Shown here piece after piece: positions 43,143 through 51,794 of a stretch of DNA of 51,794 bases. Under the pieces are notes generated by a model. That model saw nothing but the letters and a program-made list of their open reading frames with translations, did not search any database and was not told where the DNA came from. The stretch lies in the IMG/VR virus record IMGVR_UViG_3300005573_000013, positions 1 to 51,794 of that record. One strand, 5' to 3'. The position numbers and the translations under genes were made by a program. Origin of the DNA: a virus. Taxonomy: Duplodnaviria; Caudoviricetes. How positions within the stretch are numbered: position 1 is the first letter of the stretch; each line of letters starts with the position of its first letter.

Positions 43143-44966
43143 ATGGCTGATCTTAGATTAAACGCAATAATAAGTGCTAAAGATGAGGCATCAAGCAAAC
43201 TTAAGAGTTTTGGCAATAGTGTAGAAAGTATCGGTAGTAGTTTGAAAAGGGTTGGTGTTGCGGCGATTGCGGGATTTGGAGCTTTAACTTACGGATTGAA
43301 ACAATGCGTAGATGCCTATGCGGAATCGCAGGCCGTCATGGCACAGACTAATGCCGTTCTGGCCTCGACACAAGGGGTTGCCGGGGTAACTGCATCTGCA
43401 GTTACTGGTTTAGCAAAATCTTTACAGAATGTAACGCGGTTTTCTGACGAAACGATTCAATCTGGTGAAAATATACTTTTGACTTTTACTAATATCGGTA
43501 AAGATATTTTTCCAGAAGCAACAGAAACAATGCTTAATATGTCTCAAGCATTGGGACAGGATGTTAAAAGTTCTGCGATTCAATTAGGTAAAGCTCTCCA
43601 AGACCCGATTCTTGGAGTTACTGCTTTGAGACGGGTTGGCGTTAACTTCAATGAAGAATCCAAGAAAACGATTGAAACGATGGTAAAAGAAGGCAGAATA
43701 ATGGATGCCCAGAAGTTTATCTTGAAAGAACTTCAAACAGAATTTGGAAATTCGGCAAGGGCGGCAGGTGAAACATTCGCTGGTAAATTGGATATTTTAA
43801 GGAATAAATTTGATGATATGAAAGAAACAATTGGTAAAGCGGTTGTTGAGGCGATTACTCCTTTTATTGACAAGTTAGTAAAATGGGCTTCAACTGATGA
43901 GGCTCAAAGGAAAATAGAAGATATTGCTAAAAAAATAGGCGAGGTTATCACTAAAATGGTCGAATGGATAGGTAAGATAGCCGAATTTGTCGAGAAGCAC
44001 CCCACTATGGCTAAAGCGATTGCTACTATTGGATTAGCATTGGTTGGACTTTCTGTTCTCCAAATACCACAAGCAATTTTAGCGATTGCTAATCTGGTTA
44101 AGATGCTTGGAGGAATGCCGACACTAATCACTATCGGTATTTTAATTGATACGGCTTTGATATATGAGGCAATCCAAGCCGCCAAAGGCCTAAAATCTGA
44201 CATAGAAGGATTGTCAGCTTCACAAGACCAGTTACGGGCTACCAATGAAAGAATCCAAGCTGAAATTGATAAGGCGATGGCGGCTGGCGATACAAAAAGA
44301 GCTGAAAGATATGCGAAATTGAAAGCGGACAATGAGCAGATGTTGAGAGATAATCAGAGTATTATTGATCGATACGGTGGAGCTTGGGGCTGGGCTTATG
44401 CCACTTGGGATGCAATGATAGGTGGATTTGGAGCAATGTTCCATAATGCTTGGCAGAGAATTAAAGATGACTGGGATGCCTTGATGACAGGTTGGAAAAC
44501 CCAAAATAAAATTTACTTCGACCAATTGAGTTTGAAATGGGAAGAAGCAAAGTTTGTTGCCCATCACCTTTGGGATGGCATTAAGGAAGGTTGGCATAAC
44601 GCTTGGAGCCAAGTAGTTTCAGTGTTGCAGGGCTGGGTTAACAAGGCAATTGGCGTAATCAATCAATTTCTTTTGTCTTATGATAGGGTTGCAAGCAAAC
44701 TTGGTGCTCCTACAGTCGGTTTAATTGGTGGGGTAGGGGTTAAATATACTCCATTACAGGCCGGTGGCATAATCCCAGAAACAGGAACTTATTTAATGCA
44801 CAAAGGCGAGCGGGTTACCCCTGAAGGTTCTTTCACCGGCGGTGGGGGGATAACCGTCAATGCCTACTTTTATGGGAATATAAATCAGGCGGGTGGGGAT
44901 TTGGGAGACATCGGCAGGCAGCTGGCCCGAAGCATAGAGTTGGCCAGGCAAGGGATTGGAGGATAA
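43143..44966 (+). CDS. Tape measure protein (607 aa)
   Basis: ISAKDEAS N-terminus, LGKALQDP..GVTAL, Trp-periodic helical region, AGG...MHKGERV. Confidence 0.92.
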   Translation: MADLRLNAIISAKDEASSKLKSFGNSVESIGSSLKRVGVAAIAGFGALTYGLKQCVDAYAESQAVMAQTNAVLASTQGVAGVTASAVTGLAKSLQNVTRFSDETIQSGENILLTFTNIGKDIFPEATETMLNMSQALGQDVKSSAIQLGKALQDPILGVTALRRVGVNFNEESKKTIETMVKEGRIMDAQKFILKELQTEFGNSARAAGETFAGKLDILRNKFDDMKETIGKAVVEAITPFIDKLVKWASTDEAQRKIEDIAKKIGEVITKMVEWIGKIAEFVEKHPTMAKAIATIGLALVGLSVLQIPQAILAIANLVKMLGGMPTLITIGILIDTALIYEAIQAAKGLKSDIEGLSASQDQLRATNERIQAEIDKAMAAGDTKRAERYAKLKADNEQMLRDNQSIIDRYGGAWGWAYATWDAMIGGFGAMFHNAWQRIKDDWDALMTGWKTQNKIYFDQLSLKWEEAKFVAHHLWDGIKEGWHNAWSQVVSVLQGWVNKAIGVINQFLLSYDRVASKLGAPTVGLIGGVGVKYTPLQAGGIIPETGTYLMHKGERVTPEGSFTGGGGITVNAYFYGNINQAGGDLGDIGRQLARSIELARQGIGG

Positions 44967-45731
44967 ATGGCGAGAAGCATCAGTTTGAACTCATACAATC
45001 TGGACAGCACCAATAACATCACGGTCACCAAGGTCGAGCACGACCAGATGCCCGTCCAAAACTTTACGATTCAGGAATTGGCGAGGCGAGACAAGGCGAA
45101 GGTCGTCTCATCCCAACTGACCCCCAAGAAGATACGGATAGAGGGGCGGATAACCGGCGATGGCATTGATGACTTGGAGGCGAACATTGACCTGTTCAAG
45201 AAGTCGGTCAGTGGCTCGAACATGTCTTTCGAGATTCAGTATGCCTCCGGGACAAGGACTTATTATGTCGAGTTGAATTCCCTGACGATTTCGAGGGATT
45301 CCTATCATATCAATTATGCCCCGTTCACGATGGAGCTGATTGCTGCCGACCCGGCAGGTTACGGGTCAAGTTACGAGAAGACCTGGACAAACATCTATAC
45401 CGGAGTCTACGGTTGCACCCTGACGGCCGTCGGATCCCTTTATCCCGAACCGGTCATCACGATTACGGTGGTTGCCGCGACGAACGTCGGCTCGATTAGG
45501 TTTAAGAACGTTACCACCGGAAAGGAGATAAAGATTGATATGGACTTTACGGCTGGAGACGAGATAATCATTTCGATGGTCACGAATTCGGTTACCGTCA
45601 ATGGTGTCCAGACTGAGTTTTCGGGAAGCCTGCCCGAATTCGTGACGGGCGCGAACAGGATGATAGCGACTTTCACCGGCACGGCGAGGGATTGCGACAT
45701 TAACTTAACTTATCAGGCGAGGTATTTGTAA
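44967..45731 (+). CDS. Distal tail (Dit) protein
   Basis: Follows the tape measure; AADPAGYG, EPVITI, GAN, YQARYL. Confidence 0.8.
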   Translation: MARSISLNSYNLDSTNNITVTKVEHDQMPVQNFTIQELARRDKAKVVSSQLTPKKIRIEGRITGDGIDDLEANIDLFKKSVSGSNMSFEIQYASGTRTYYVELNSLTISRDSYHINYAPFTMELIAADPAGYGSSYEKTWTNIYTGVYGCTLTAVGSLYPEPVITITVVAATNVGSIRFKNVTTGKEIKIDMDFTAGDEIIISMVTNSVTVNGVQTEFSGSLPEFVTGANRMIATFTGTARDCDINLTYQARYL

Positions 45732-47434
45732 TGGCTGAGAAAAAGTTTTTATACAAGGTTTACAACAAGAATGGTGAATTTATCAAGAGTTGGGATGACG
45801 TTGTCAATGACCCGGATTTCTCTTGGAACATAAATGAGGGATTGGGTGAGCTTACCGTAAGGCTTCCGAGGACGTTTGATGTCTTCGGTGAGTCGGATGA
45901 CGTGGCGGTTGGCAACGAGGTCCAGGTCTGGTGCGACAGGGGCGGGACAAAGAATACGCTCGAGGTGGAGCAGTTGAATTACACTACCGGCTCAATCGGC
46001 TGGGGGACTACCTCGCAGGAGAGGATAGCCCAGACGTTCCAACCGACGCACGACTACAAGTTGAGCAGGGTGACCCTTTGGACCGTGAGAAATGGCTCAC
46101 CACATGACAACATCGAGATGGAACTTTGGGCCGGCGATTCTAACAACCCGACCTACAAGATGGCGAATGCCCAAAACAGAATACTCGGGAGCTTACAACC
46201 GACCCAGAACATCAAGACGGCCGACATGCACTTTGACTTTGGTAAAATCCAACTTTACTCCGGACAGACCTATTGGCTGATTATGACGAGGGATGGGGGT
46301 CTTGATAATACGAATTACTATGCTCTTCTGGCTTCCTTCAATGCCACCGATAATTATTTGAGGGGAGGGGCGAAGAAATACACTACCGCTGCCGGATGGA
46401 GCGATTACCTTACGAATTCGGACTTTTGTTTCAAGATTTATTCCGGGGAAGACGATGTTAAGAAGATTTACTCAGGATACATCTCGGCCTATGAGCCGGT
46501 GATTCAGGGCAGAGATGAATATGTAGATGTTCATTGTCTTGGTTACGGCTCGCAGTTAAATAACGAAATCCATAAGTCCGGAAATAGTACGACGGTTGCC
46601 TATAACTCGTGTACCATCGCCAGCATTGTCAAGACGATGATGGATGACTTTAAGCAATATAACTTTAAGGTTAGTTATGGTGATTTGTATAGGTTCCTTG
46701 AGGATACGAATACGGTCGTCAGTTATACCTTCAATACCCAAACCCATAAACAGGTGATTGACAAGTGCCGCGAGATGGCTCCGGCGAACTGGTACTGGCG
46801 GGTTGGGGCTGACAACATTTTGGAATTCAAGCAAAAGAATTCTGAAGCCGACCATTACTTTACTATCGGCAAGGACATCATCTCAATCAGACAAAATAAG
46901 AGGATAGAGGATTTGTATAATGTCGTCTACTTCAAGGGAAAGGATACCCTTTACCGGGTCTACACCCGCTCCGGCTCGATTGCCAACTATGGAAGACGGG
47001 CATACATGATGCAGGATGAGAGGGTGACCCTGGATGCGACGGCCGATGTAATGGCTAATTCGTTTCTCGATGAGCATGATGCTATCGAGACAAGGGTAGA
47101 GGTTGACATCCTGGGGCAGACGGAATCCGGCGGATTGGGTTATGACATTGAGTCGATCTATCCCGGCCAGACTTGCCAGATAAGGAACTTCAATACCGAG
47201 GCTTCGGAATCGTTGTGGGACCAGGCATTATGGGATGTCAATGTCTGGGATTACGACATCTCCTACTTACTTGGAACGGTCCTGCAGATAAAGTCGGTCA
47301 AGTATACACCAGGCAAGGCAACGATATCTCTGTCATCAAGGCCATTGCCGGTGGCAAGCACGATGGAGAACATCTACAGAAACTTGGAAGGTTATAGGAA
47401 TGCGGAGAATCCCGCCACGCCGACGGCGGCATAA
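45731..47434 (+). CDS. Baseplate hub/Tal-like protein with an inserted beta-sandwich domain
   Basis: Synteny after Dit; IYSGYI, SIANYGRR, WDQALWD motifs. Confidence 0.72.
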   Translation: MAEKKFLYKVYNKNGEFIKSWDDVVNDPDFSWNINEGLGELTVRLPRTFDVFGESDDVAVGNEVQVWCDRGGTKNTLEVEQLNYTTGSIGWGTTSQERIAQTFQPTHDYKLSRVTLWTVRNGSPHDNIEMELWAGDSNNPTYKMANAQNRILGSLQPTQNIKTADMHFDFGKIQLYSGQTYWLIMTRDGGLDNTNYYALLASFNATDNYLRGGAKKYTTAAGWSDYLTNSDFCFKIYSGEDDVKKIYSGYISAYEPVIQGRDEYVDVHCLGYGSQLNNEIHKSGNSTTVAYNSCTIASIVKTMMDDFKQYNFKVSYGDLYRFLEDTNTVVSYTFNTQTHKQVIDKCREMAPANWYWRVGADNILEFKQKNSEADHYFTIGKDIISIRQNKRIEDLYNVVYFKGKDTLYRVYTRSGSIANYGRRAYMMQDERVTLDATADVMANSFLDEHDAIETRVEVDILGQTESGGLGYDIESIYPGQTCQIRNFNTEASESLWDQALWDVNVWDYDISYLLGTVLQIKSVKYTPGKATISLSSRPLPVASTMENIYRNLEGYRNAENPATPTAA

Positions 47435-47443
47435 AGGAGAATT

Positions 47444-47761
47444 ATGGAGATAAAAGAGTTTCACTGCCCCATCTGTGGGGACAAATTCATTGAGAAACTA
47501 CCAAACAACAGGGTTAAGTTTTTGCCTAACCATTGGCAATACCAAGTTGAATTGGATACGGGACAGAGGGCTTGGTTTGGGGTCTGCAAGAAACACAAAG
47601 GAGAAATCACCAAGGAATTATCCGATGAGCTCCTGGAGGCACACAAGAGGTTTTGGGGTAAAGAAATTGATTCCAACGGTAAACTTAATGATAAACAGAA
47701 GGAAGTAATGAAATCAGAATATCAAGCATTAACGATTAATAAAGTTTTAGAAAGGATTTAA
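47444..47761 (+). CDS. Hypothetical zinc-binding protein
   Basis: CPIC...CKKH; AAAGGAG SD. Confidence 0.6.
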   Translation: MEIKEFHCPICGDKFIEKLPNNRVKFLPNHWQYQVELDTGQRAWFGVCKKHKGEITKELSDELLEAHKRFWGKEIDSNGKLNDKQKEVMKSEYQALTINKVLERI

Positions 47762-47762
47762 A

Positions 47763-48242
47763 ATGGCGACAGGAGTCACGAATGTCTTTACGCCTAACAC
47801 AAGGATAAAATCTTCGGAGGTTAACCAAGATTTTACTGATGCCTGTACTACCGAGAGGCATACCTTTACTCCGTCCGGAAGGATATCGGCGTCGACACTT
47901 GATGGGGCCCTGGCGGAACTTGATGATGAGAAACCCCACTTGGTTAAGAGACAAGGAGGGAGTTCAACTAACTGGTCAACGGCTGGCACAACTGGGTATG
48001 ATGTTACGGATGCTGTAATTCAGTGTGGAGCAGTTAGCATTGCTGCTGGAGCAACGGCGACAGTTACCTTTCCAACGGCTTTTACGCAAACACCAGTAGT
48101 TGTTTGCTCCTTACTAACAGCGAATCAGGTAACTACGCCACTTAACATCATATCGGTATCTACTACCCAAGTTCAGATAAAACATACCCAAGCTTCACCC
48201 GCCTATACAGTTGTTGCCTTGTGGATAGCGATTGGGAAATAA
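47763..48242 (+). CDS. Short tail fibre/receptor-binding protein (gp53-like/H-lectin C-terminus)
   Basis: FTPNTRIKSSEVNQDF, IQCG, VTFPTAFTQTP, WIAIG. Confidence 0.78.
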   Translation: MATGVTNVFTPNTRIKSSEVNQDFTDACTTERHTFTPSGRISASTLDGALAELDDEKPHLVKRQGGSSTNWSTAGTTGYDVTDAVIQCGAVSIAAGATATVTFPTAFTQTPVVVCSLLTANQVTTPLNIISVSTTQVQIKHTQASPAYTVVALWIAIGK

Positions 48243-48243
48243 A

Positions 48244-48272
48244 TTGACAGAACCTAAAAAGTATGTTAAGAT
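48244..48272 (+). promoter_or_regulatory. sigma70 promoter of the portal operon
   Basis: TTGACA-17-TAAGAT with extended TG. Confidence 0.7.
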
Positions 48273-48284
48273 ATAACCAAGTCA

Positions 48285-48330
48285 GAGGCACTGTGAATGC
48301 CCAAGAGGTTATATCCTTTTGGGCTTTTTG
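48285..48330 (+). terminator. Intrinsic terminator with overlapping alternative hairpin (attenuator 2)
   Basis: GCCCAAGAGG/CCTTTTGGGC plus TTTTT; the 5' arm overlaps GGCA-CTGTGAA-TGCC. Confidence 0.7.
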
Positions 48331-48342
48331 AAAGGAGAAAAT

Positions 48343-50832
48343 TTGAAATTCATTGACTCGTTTATTGAGCGGAAAGTTAGGGCAAAGTGGGGAAGTGTCC
48401 TTGATGAGTTTACTGACCAGCTCAACACCAAGTGGTCGCAGGATAATTGGGCTATCATCAACCCAAGTTGGTTTGGAATACCAGCCCACCAAAAGACGGA
48501 TGCCTTTCTAAGGGAATACATTGGTTGGAATTATGCCAATGTATCCGCGATTGCCGAGGCGGTATCTGACATTCAGATAAAACTTTACAGGTATGACCAA
48601 AAGAAGGAGGAAGTTGAAGAAGTTAAAGAGCATCCATTGTTGGAGCTTCTTTACAAGGTTAACCCGTCAATGACTAAAAACGACTTCTTTTTCATTCTTC
48701 AGGCAAACCTGTTATTGACTGGTGAAGCCCCAATTCGCTTGAGGAGAGTAAGTCAGGCTAATTTGAGCCAACCGCCGTATGAACTTTACCCACTTAACCC
48801 GGCGGATGTGAAAATCTTTATTGGCTCTACGAGTGATGGCTTTGAAATGGTTGAAAGGTATGAGGTTAGGGATAAACAGAGACCAAATGAGTGGATAAAA
48901 CTAAAGCCGTGGGAAGTCATTTTTATAAAAAATGTTAACCCGAATAATCCTTGGCGGGGAGCCGGAGTGGTTGAGGCGGCGGCGAGAACAATTGACACAT
49001 TAAATTATTCGGAAATCTACAATCTGAACTTTTTCAAGAACTCGGCCGTTCCTTACACAGTTCTCTATACGGAAAATAAGCTCAATAAGGAGACGATTGA
49101 TCGACTTAGAAACCTCTGGACATCCAAATATGAGGGACCGGAAAATGCCTATAAGACGGCTATCCTTGACCAAGGACTGAAAATAGAGCGACTCCAGACT
49201 GCCGCCAAGGATATGGACTTCTTGGAACAGCAGAGGTTTTTGCGGGATAAATTGATGGCCATGTATAAGACGACTAAGGTGGTTTTGGGGATAGTTGAGG
49301 ACGTCAATAGGGCAAATGCCGAGGCTTCTGAGTATGTCTTTATGAAAAGGTGCGTTAGGCCGAAGATGAGGAAGTTAGTTGATTATCTTAATGAGTTCTT
49401 AGTTCCGCTATTTGACCCAGATGGCACGAAGGGGATATTCCTTGACTTCGAGGATCCGGTTCAAGAAGATAAGACGACGGAATATACGCAGTTGAACGTT
49501 GCCGTCAATAAATGGATTACGATCAATGAGGCACGAGAGCAACAGGGTAGAGAGCCGATTGATGGGGGAGATGAGATTTGGCAACCGCTGAACCTTGCTC
49601 CGATTGGTCCGATGAAGCCGAAGACCGAAAAGCCGACCGAAAAACCTGAGGAACAGCCTGAGGAAGGAGTTGAAGAGGGACAACCCGAACTGGAAGAAAT
49701 TGGAGGGGGCAAGTATGTCCGTGTCCTTAGGGCTAAGAGGGTAAAGGGAATACCCAAGAGATTTGCTGAACAGATAGCGAAAATGCGGAACAGGAACGTC
49801 ATGATTAAGCAGTTGACAAAGGAAATTGAGGAACAAATTAAGAAGATAGTTAGAGTTAGGGTAGCCAAGAAATACAATAAAGAAAAACCCAAGTATAAAA
49901 ACATCCTTACCAAAGAAACCAAGGAGAAATTCTCGGTCAACCAAATCAAGATTTCGGAGAAGTTTGAGGCGAAAATCCAAGATATCATTGAGAATAAAAT
50001 CTACAAACCTCAACAGGAAGAAATAGCGTCCAACATCAAAAAGATTGGAGTGAAATTTCTGCTCAAGGGAACCGAGAGGCAAAGAATTAAATCAGCATCT
50101 AACTACATGTTTGATAAAGAGAAATGGGTGATTGCCGCTATGGATCTCCTGACGCCAGAAATTGAGGCTATTATAGAAACGCAGGGTCAAGAAGCAATGG
50201 ACTTGCTTGGACAGGGAATGAACTACAGTCTTCTTGAGGCGGCAAGGCAATACCTCAATAAAGAGCCGTTGAAGGCGTCTAAGAGCTTCAATGACACAAT
50301 TTACGAGAAAGTCAGGAACGCCTTGGCTGAAGGATTAGCTAAAGGCGAAAGTGAAACACAGCTTATTGAAAGGGTAAGGGATGTTTATTCTAACTTGGAA
50401 GATTATCAGGCACAGAGGATAGCAAGGACTGAAGTATCGAGAGCAACCAATTTTGCGACCCTTGATGGGTATAGGCAATCAGGGATAGTGAAGGGAAAGC
50501 AATTCTTAACCGCACAGGATGAGCGGGTATGTGAATGGTGCGGTCCCTTAGATGGCAAGATTGTTGGGCTAGAAGAAAACTTTTTTGATAAGGGGGACTC
50601 CTACATGGGTAATGCCGATAGCCCATTGACCTTTGAGTATGGTGATGTTGAAGCCCCACCGCTTCATGTAAATTGCCGGTGTACTATCGTTCCGGTGTTA
50701 GAGGAGGTGAAGTCTGAGGAACCGGAGACAAAAAGCGAAAGGAATTCCAAAGAAGTTATCAAATCGGAGGCTGAGGTGTTACTCGAAAAAATAGAAAAGG
50801 AATTAAATGACGCCGGAAGAGCTCAAAGCTAA
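48343..50832 (+). CDS. HK97-family portal protein fused to a MuF/SPP1-gp7 head morphogenesis domain
   Basis: HPLLELL..VNP, DMDFLE, VNRANAE, ITINEAR, then RIARTE, DERVCEWC, PPLHVNCRC; AAAGGAG SD before TTG 48343. Confidence 0.92.
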   Translation: MKFIDSFIERKVRAKWGSVLDEFTDQLNTKWSQDNWAIINPSWFGIPAHQKTDAFLREYIGWNYANVSAIAEAVSDIQIKLYRYDQKKEEVEEVKEHPLLELLYKVNPSMTKNDFFFILQANLLLTGEAPIRLRRVSQANLSQPPYELYPLNPADVKIFIGSTSDGFEMVERYEVRDKQRPNEWIKLKPWEVIFIKNVNPNNPWRGAGVVEAAARTIDTLNYSEIYNLNFFKNSAVPYTVLYTENKLNKETIDRLRNLWTSKYEGPENAYKTAILDQGLKIERLQTAAKDMDFLEQQRFLRDKLMAMYKTTKVVLGIVEDVNRANAEASEYVFMKRCVRPKMRKLVDYLNEFLVPLFDPDGTKGIFLDFEDPVQEDKTTEYTQLNVAVNKWITINEAREQQGREPIDGGDEIWQPLNLAPIGPMKPKTEKPTEKPEEQPEEGVEEGQPELEEIGGGKYVRVLRAKRVKGIPKRFAEQIAKMRNRNVMIKQLTKEIEEQIKKIVRVRVAKKYNKEKPKYKNILTKETKEKFSVNQIKISEKFEAKIQDIIENKIYKPQQEEIASNIKKIGVKFLLKGTERQRIKSASNYMFDKEKWVIAAMDLLTPEIEAIIETQGQEAMDLLGQGMNYSLLEAARQYLNKEPLKASKSFNDTIYEKVRNALAEGLAKGESETQLIERVRDVYSNLEDYQAQRIARTEVSRATNFATLDGYRQSGIVKGKQFLTAQDERVCEWCGPLDGKIVGLEENFFDKGDSYMGNADSPLTFEYGDVEAPPLHVNCRCTIVPVLEEVKSEEPETKSERNSKEVIKSEAEVLLEKIEKELNDAGRAQS

Positions 50833-51340
50833 ACGTCGTCAGATTCTGATAGATATTCTTGGTAAGTCAGAGACCATAGTTGAACTTAAGGAAATTAAGG
50901 AACTTCTTGCTCAAAAAGAACTTAAATATACCCCAGACACGAAGCTGGTGGAAGCAATTTTGAAGTTGGTTGAAAAGATTGATGAAATGCCGGAGATTCC
51001 CAAGAAGATTGAATCGCCGGTGGTCAATCTGTCTGTCCCCGAAAGGATGAAGGTAGACTGGGAAAATATGCCCAAGACCGAAGTCAAAACAGAGGTTGTT
51101 AAAATTCCCAGTTTCCTTAAGCCGATTGAGTGGTTGAAAAAACAGCTTGAGACTTTTCTCTCTCCGTTCTTGAATAGAATTATATCACTAATAAGCGAAC
51201 CTGATAGGACGGAAATACAGCGTACTCTGTCTGGGAATATAGAATCTATAACTGACTATTACGGTAAGCGAAAGGTAGTATATAAAGTAAGTTATAATAA
51301 TTCAAACGAAATCCAATCGGTGGATAGAAGTGAGAAGTGA
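50807..51340 (+). CDS. Hypothetical protein
   Basis: AAGGA SD; between the portal and the fibre. Confidence 0.65.
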   Translation: MTPEELKAKRRQILIDILGKSETIVELKEIKELLAQKELKYTPDTKLVEAILKLVEKIDEMPEIPKKIESPVVNLSVPERMKVDWENMPKTEVKTEVVKIPSFLKPIEWLKKQLETFLSPFLNRIISLISEPDRTEIQRTLSGNIESITDYYGKRKVVYKVSYNNSNEIQSVDRSEK

Positions 51341-51341
51341 G

Positions 51342-51794
51342 ATGAATGGTAAATCTATCATAAAACATCAGTTAGAGCACGAGGTTCTGAAGGTAGATGA
51401 GAGAATTCGTAAGGCAATGTTTAGTGGCGGTGGAGGGGGGGGAACTGCCGGCGGCGGTGGTGTTGTAACTGAAACCGACCCCATCGTCGGTGCTGTTGAT
51501 GGAATAGTGAAGGCTGACGGAGCGGGAACGATTACGGCAGCCGTTGAAGGGACTGATTATCTTGGGTCTAACCGTATTTCTGATGATGTTTACGGAGCTG
51601 GCTGGGACGGTGTCACTGATGTCGCCCCTTCAAAAAACGCTGTTTATGATGCCATCTCTGGTTTGGGCGGTGGACACGACCCCGTAACTTTGGACGCAAA
51701 CGCTGATGCTTTTTTGTCTTTATCTACCCAAGAGATTGGTTTAGATGACCAGAATGCCAATCTTGTTTTTGCCTCTCCTGTTGATGCGGCGGGG
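51342..51794 (+). CDS. Large fibre protein, 5' part (continues at the window start)
   Basis: MNGKSIIKHQ...GGGGGG...TETDP...HDPVTLDANADAF, open to the end of the window and in frame with 17..4471. Confidence 0.85.
   Translation, partial: MNGKSIIKHQLEHEVLKVDERIRKAMFSGGGGGGTAGGGGVVTETDPIVGAVDGIVKADGAGTITAAVEGTDYLGSNRISDDVYGAGWDGVTDVAPSKNAVYDAISGLGGGHDPVTLDANADAFLSLSTQEIGLDDQNANLVFASPVDAAG
51674..51794. repeat. Terminal direct repeat, right copy
   Basis: Identical to 1-121. Confidence 0.95.

Larger units (their letters stand above)
1..51794 (+). mobile_element. Complete circular(ly permuted) tailed phage genome, siphovirus-like, 51,673 bp unique
   Basis: Terminase, protease, HK97 capsid, connectors, tail tube, chaperones, tape measure, Dit, portal, endolysin and holins all present; ends overlap exactly; no host housekeeping genes. 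Confidence 0.95.

Noticed and set aside
49408-50082. Long antisense ORFs (also 6549-7124, 30258-30716, 42112-42546, 43904-44332 and others)
   Set aside because: Shadows of well-supported + strand genes, with no motifs or expression signals

Overview
The window is an apparently complete, circularly closed tailed-phage genome of 51,673 bp (bases 1-121 recur exactly at 51674-51794). It has an HK97-type head and a siphovirus-like tail. All convincing genes but one (vsr) are on the + strand, in genetic code 11. I found no integrase, polymerase, helicase, tRNA or CRISPR array. The host is inferred to be a Patescibacteria/CPR bacterium, not proven. Modules in order: (1) a ~1600-aa fibre spanning the junction, then lysis genes; (2) an accessory block with several closed multibranch RNA structures and an amino-DNA methyltransferase; (3) an early/replication region driven by five near-identical perfect sigma70 promoters, with two DnaA boxes; (4) a ~15 kb nucleotide-sugar/glycosyltransferase island interrupted by a MoxR AAA-vWA pair; (5) a ParB + glycosyltransferase (in-frame TAG) + Vsr locus; (6) terminase, head and tail genes, with a portal-MuF fusion displaced behind the tail genes. 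The best candidate for a new system is a 54-aa Mu-Com-like zinc finger missed by the ORF track. It goes with two matching small RNA hairpins that each overlap an intrinsic terminator at the head of the two virion operons, suggesting Com-type antitermination as the late-gene switch. All family calls are by-eye motif recognition; no searches or folding programs were run.
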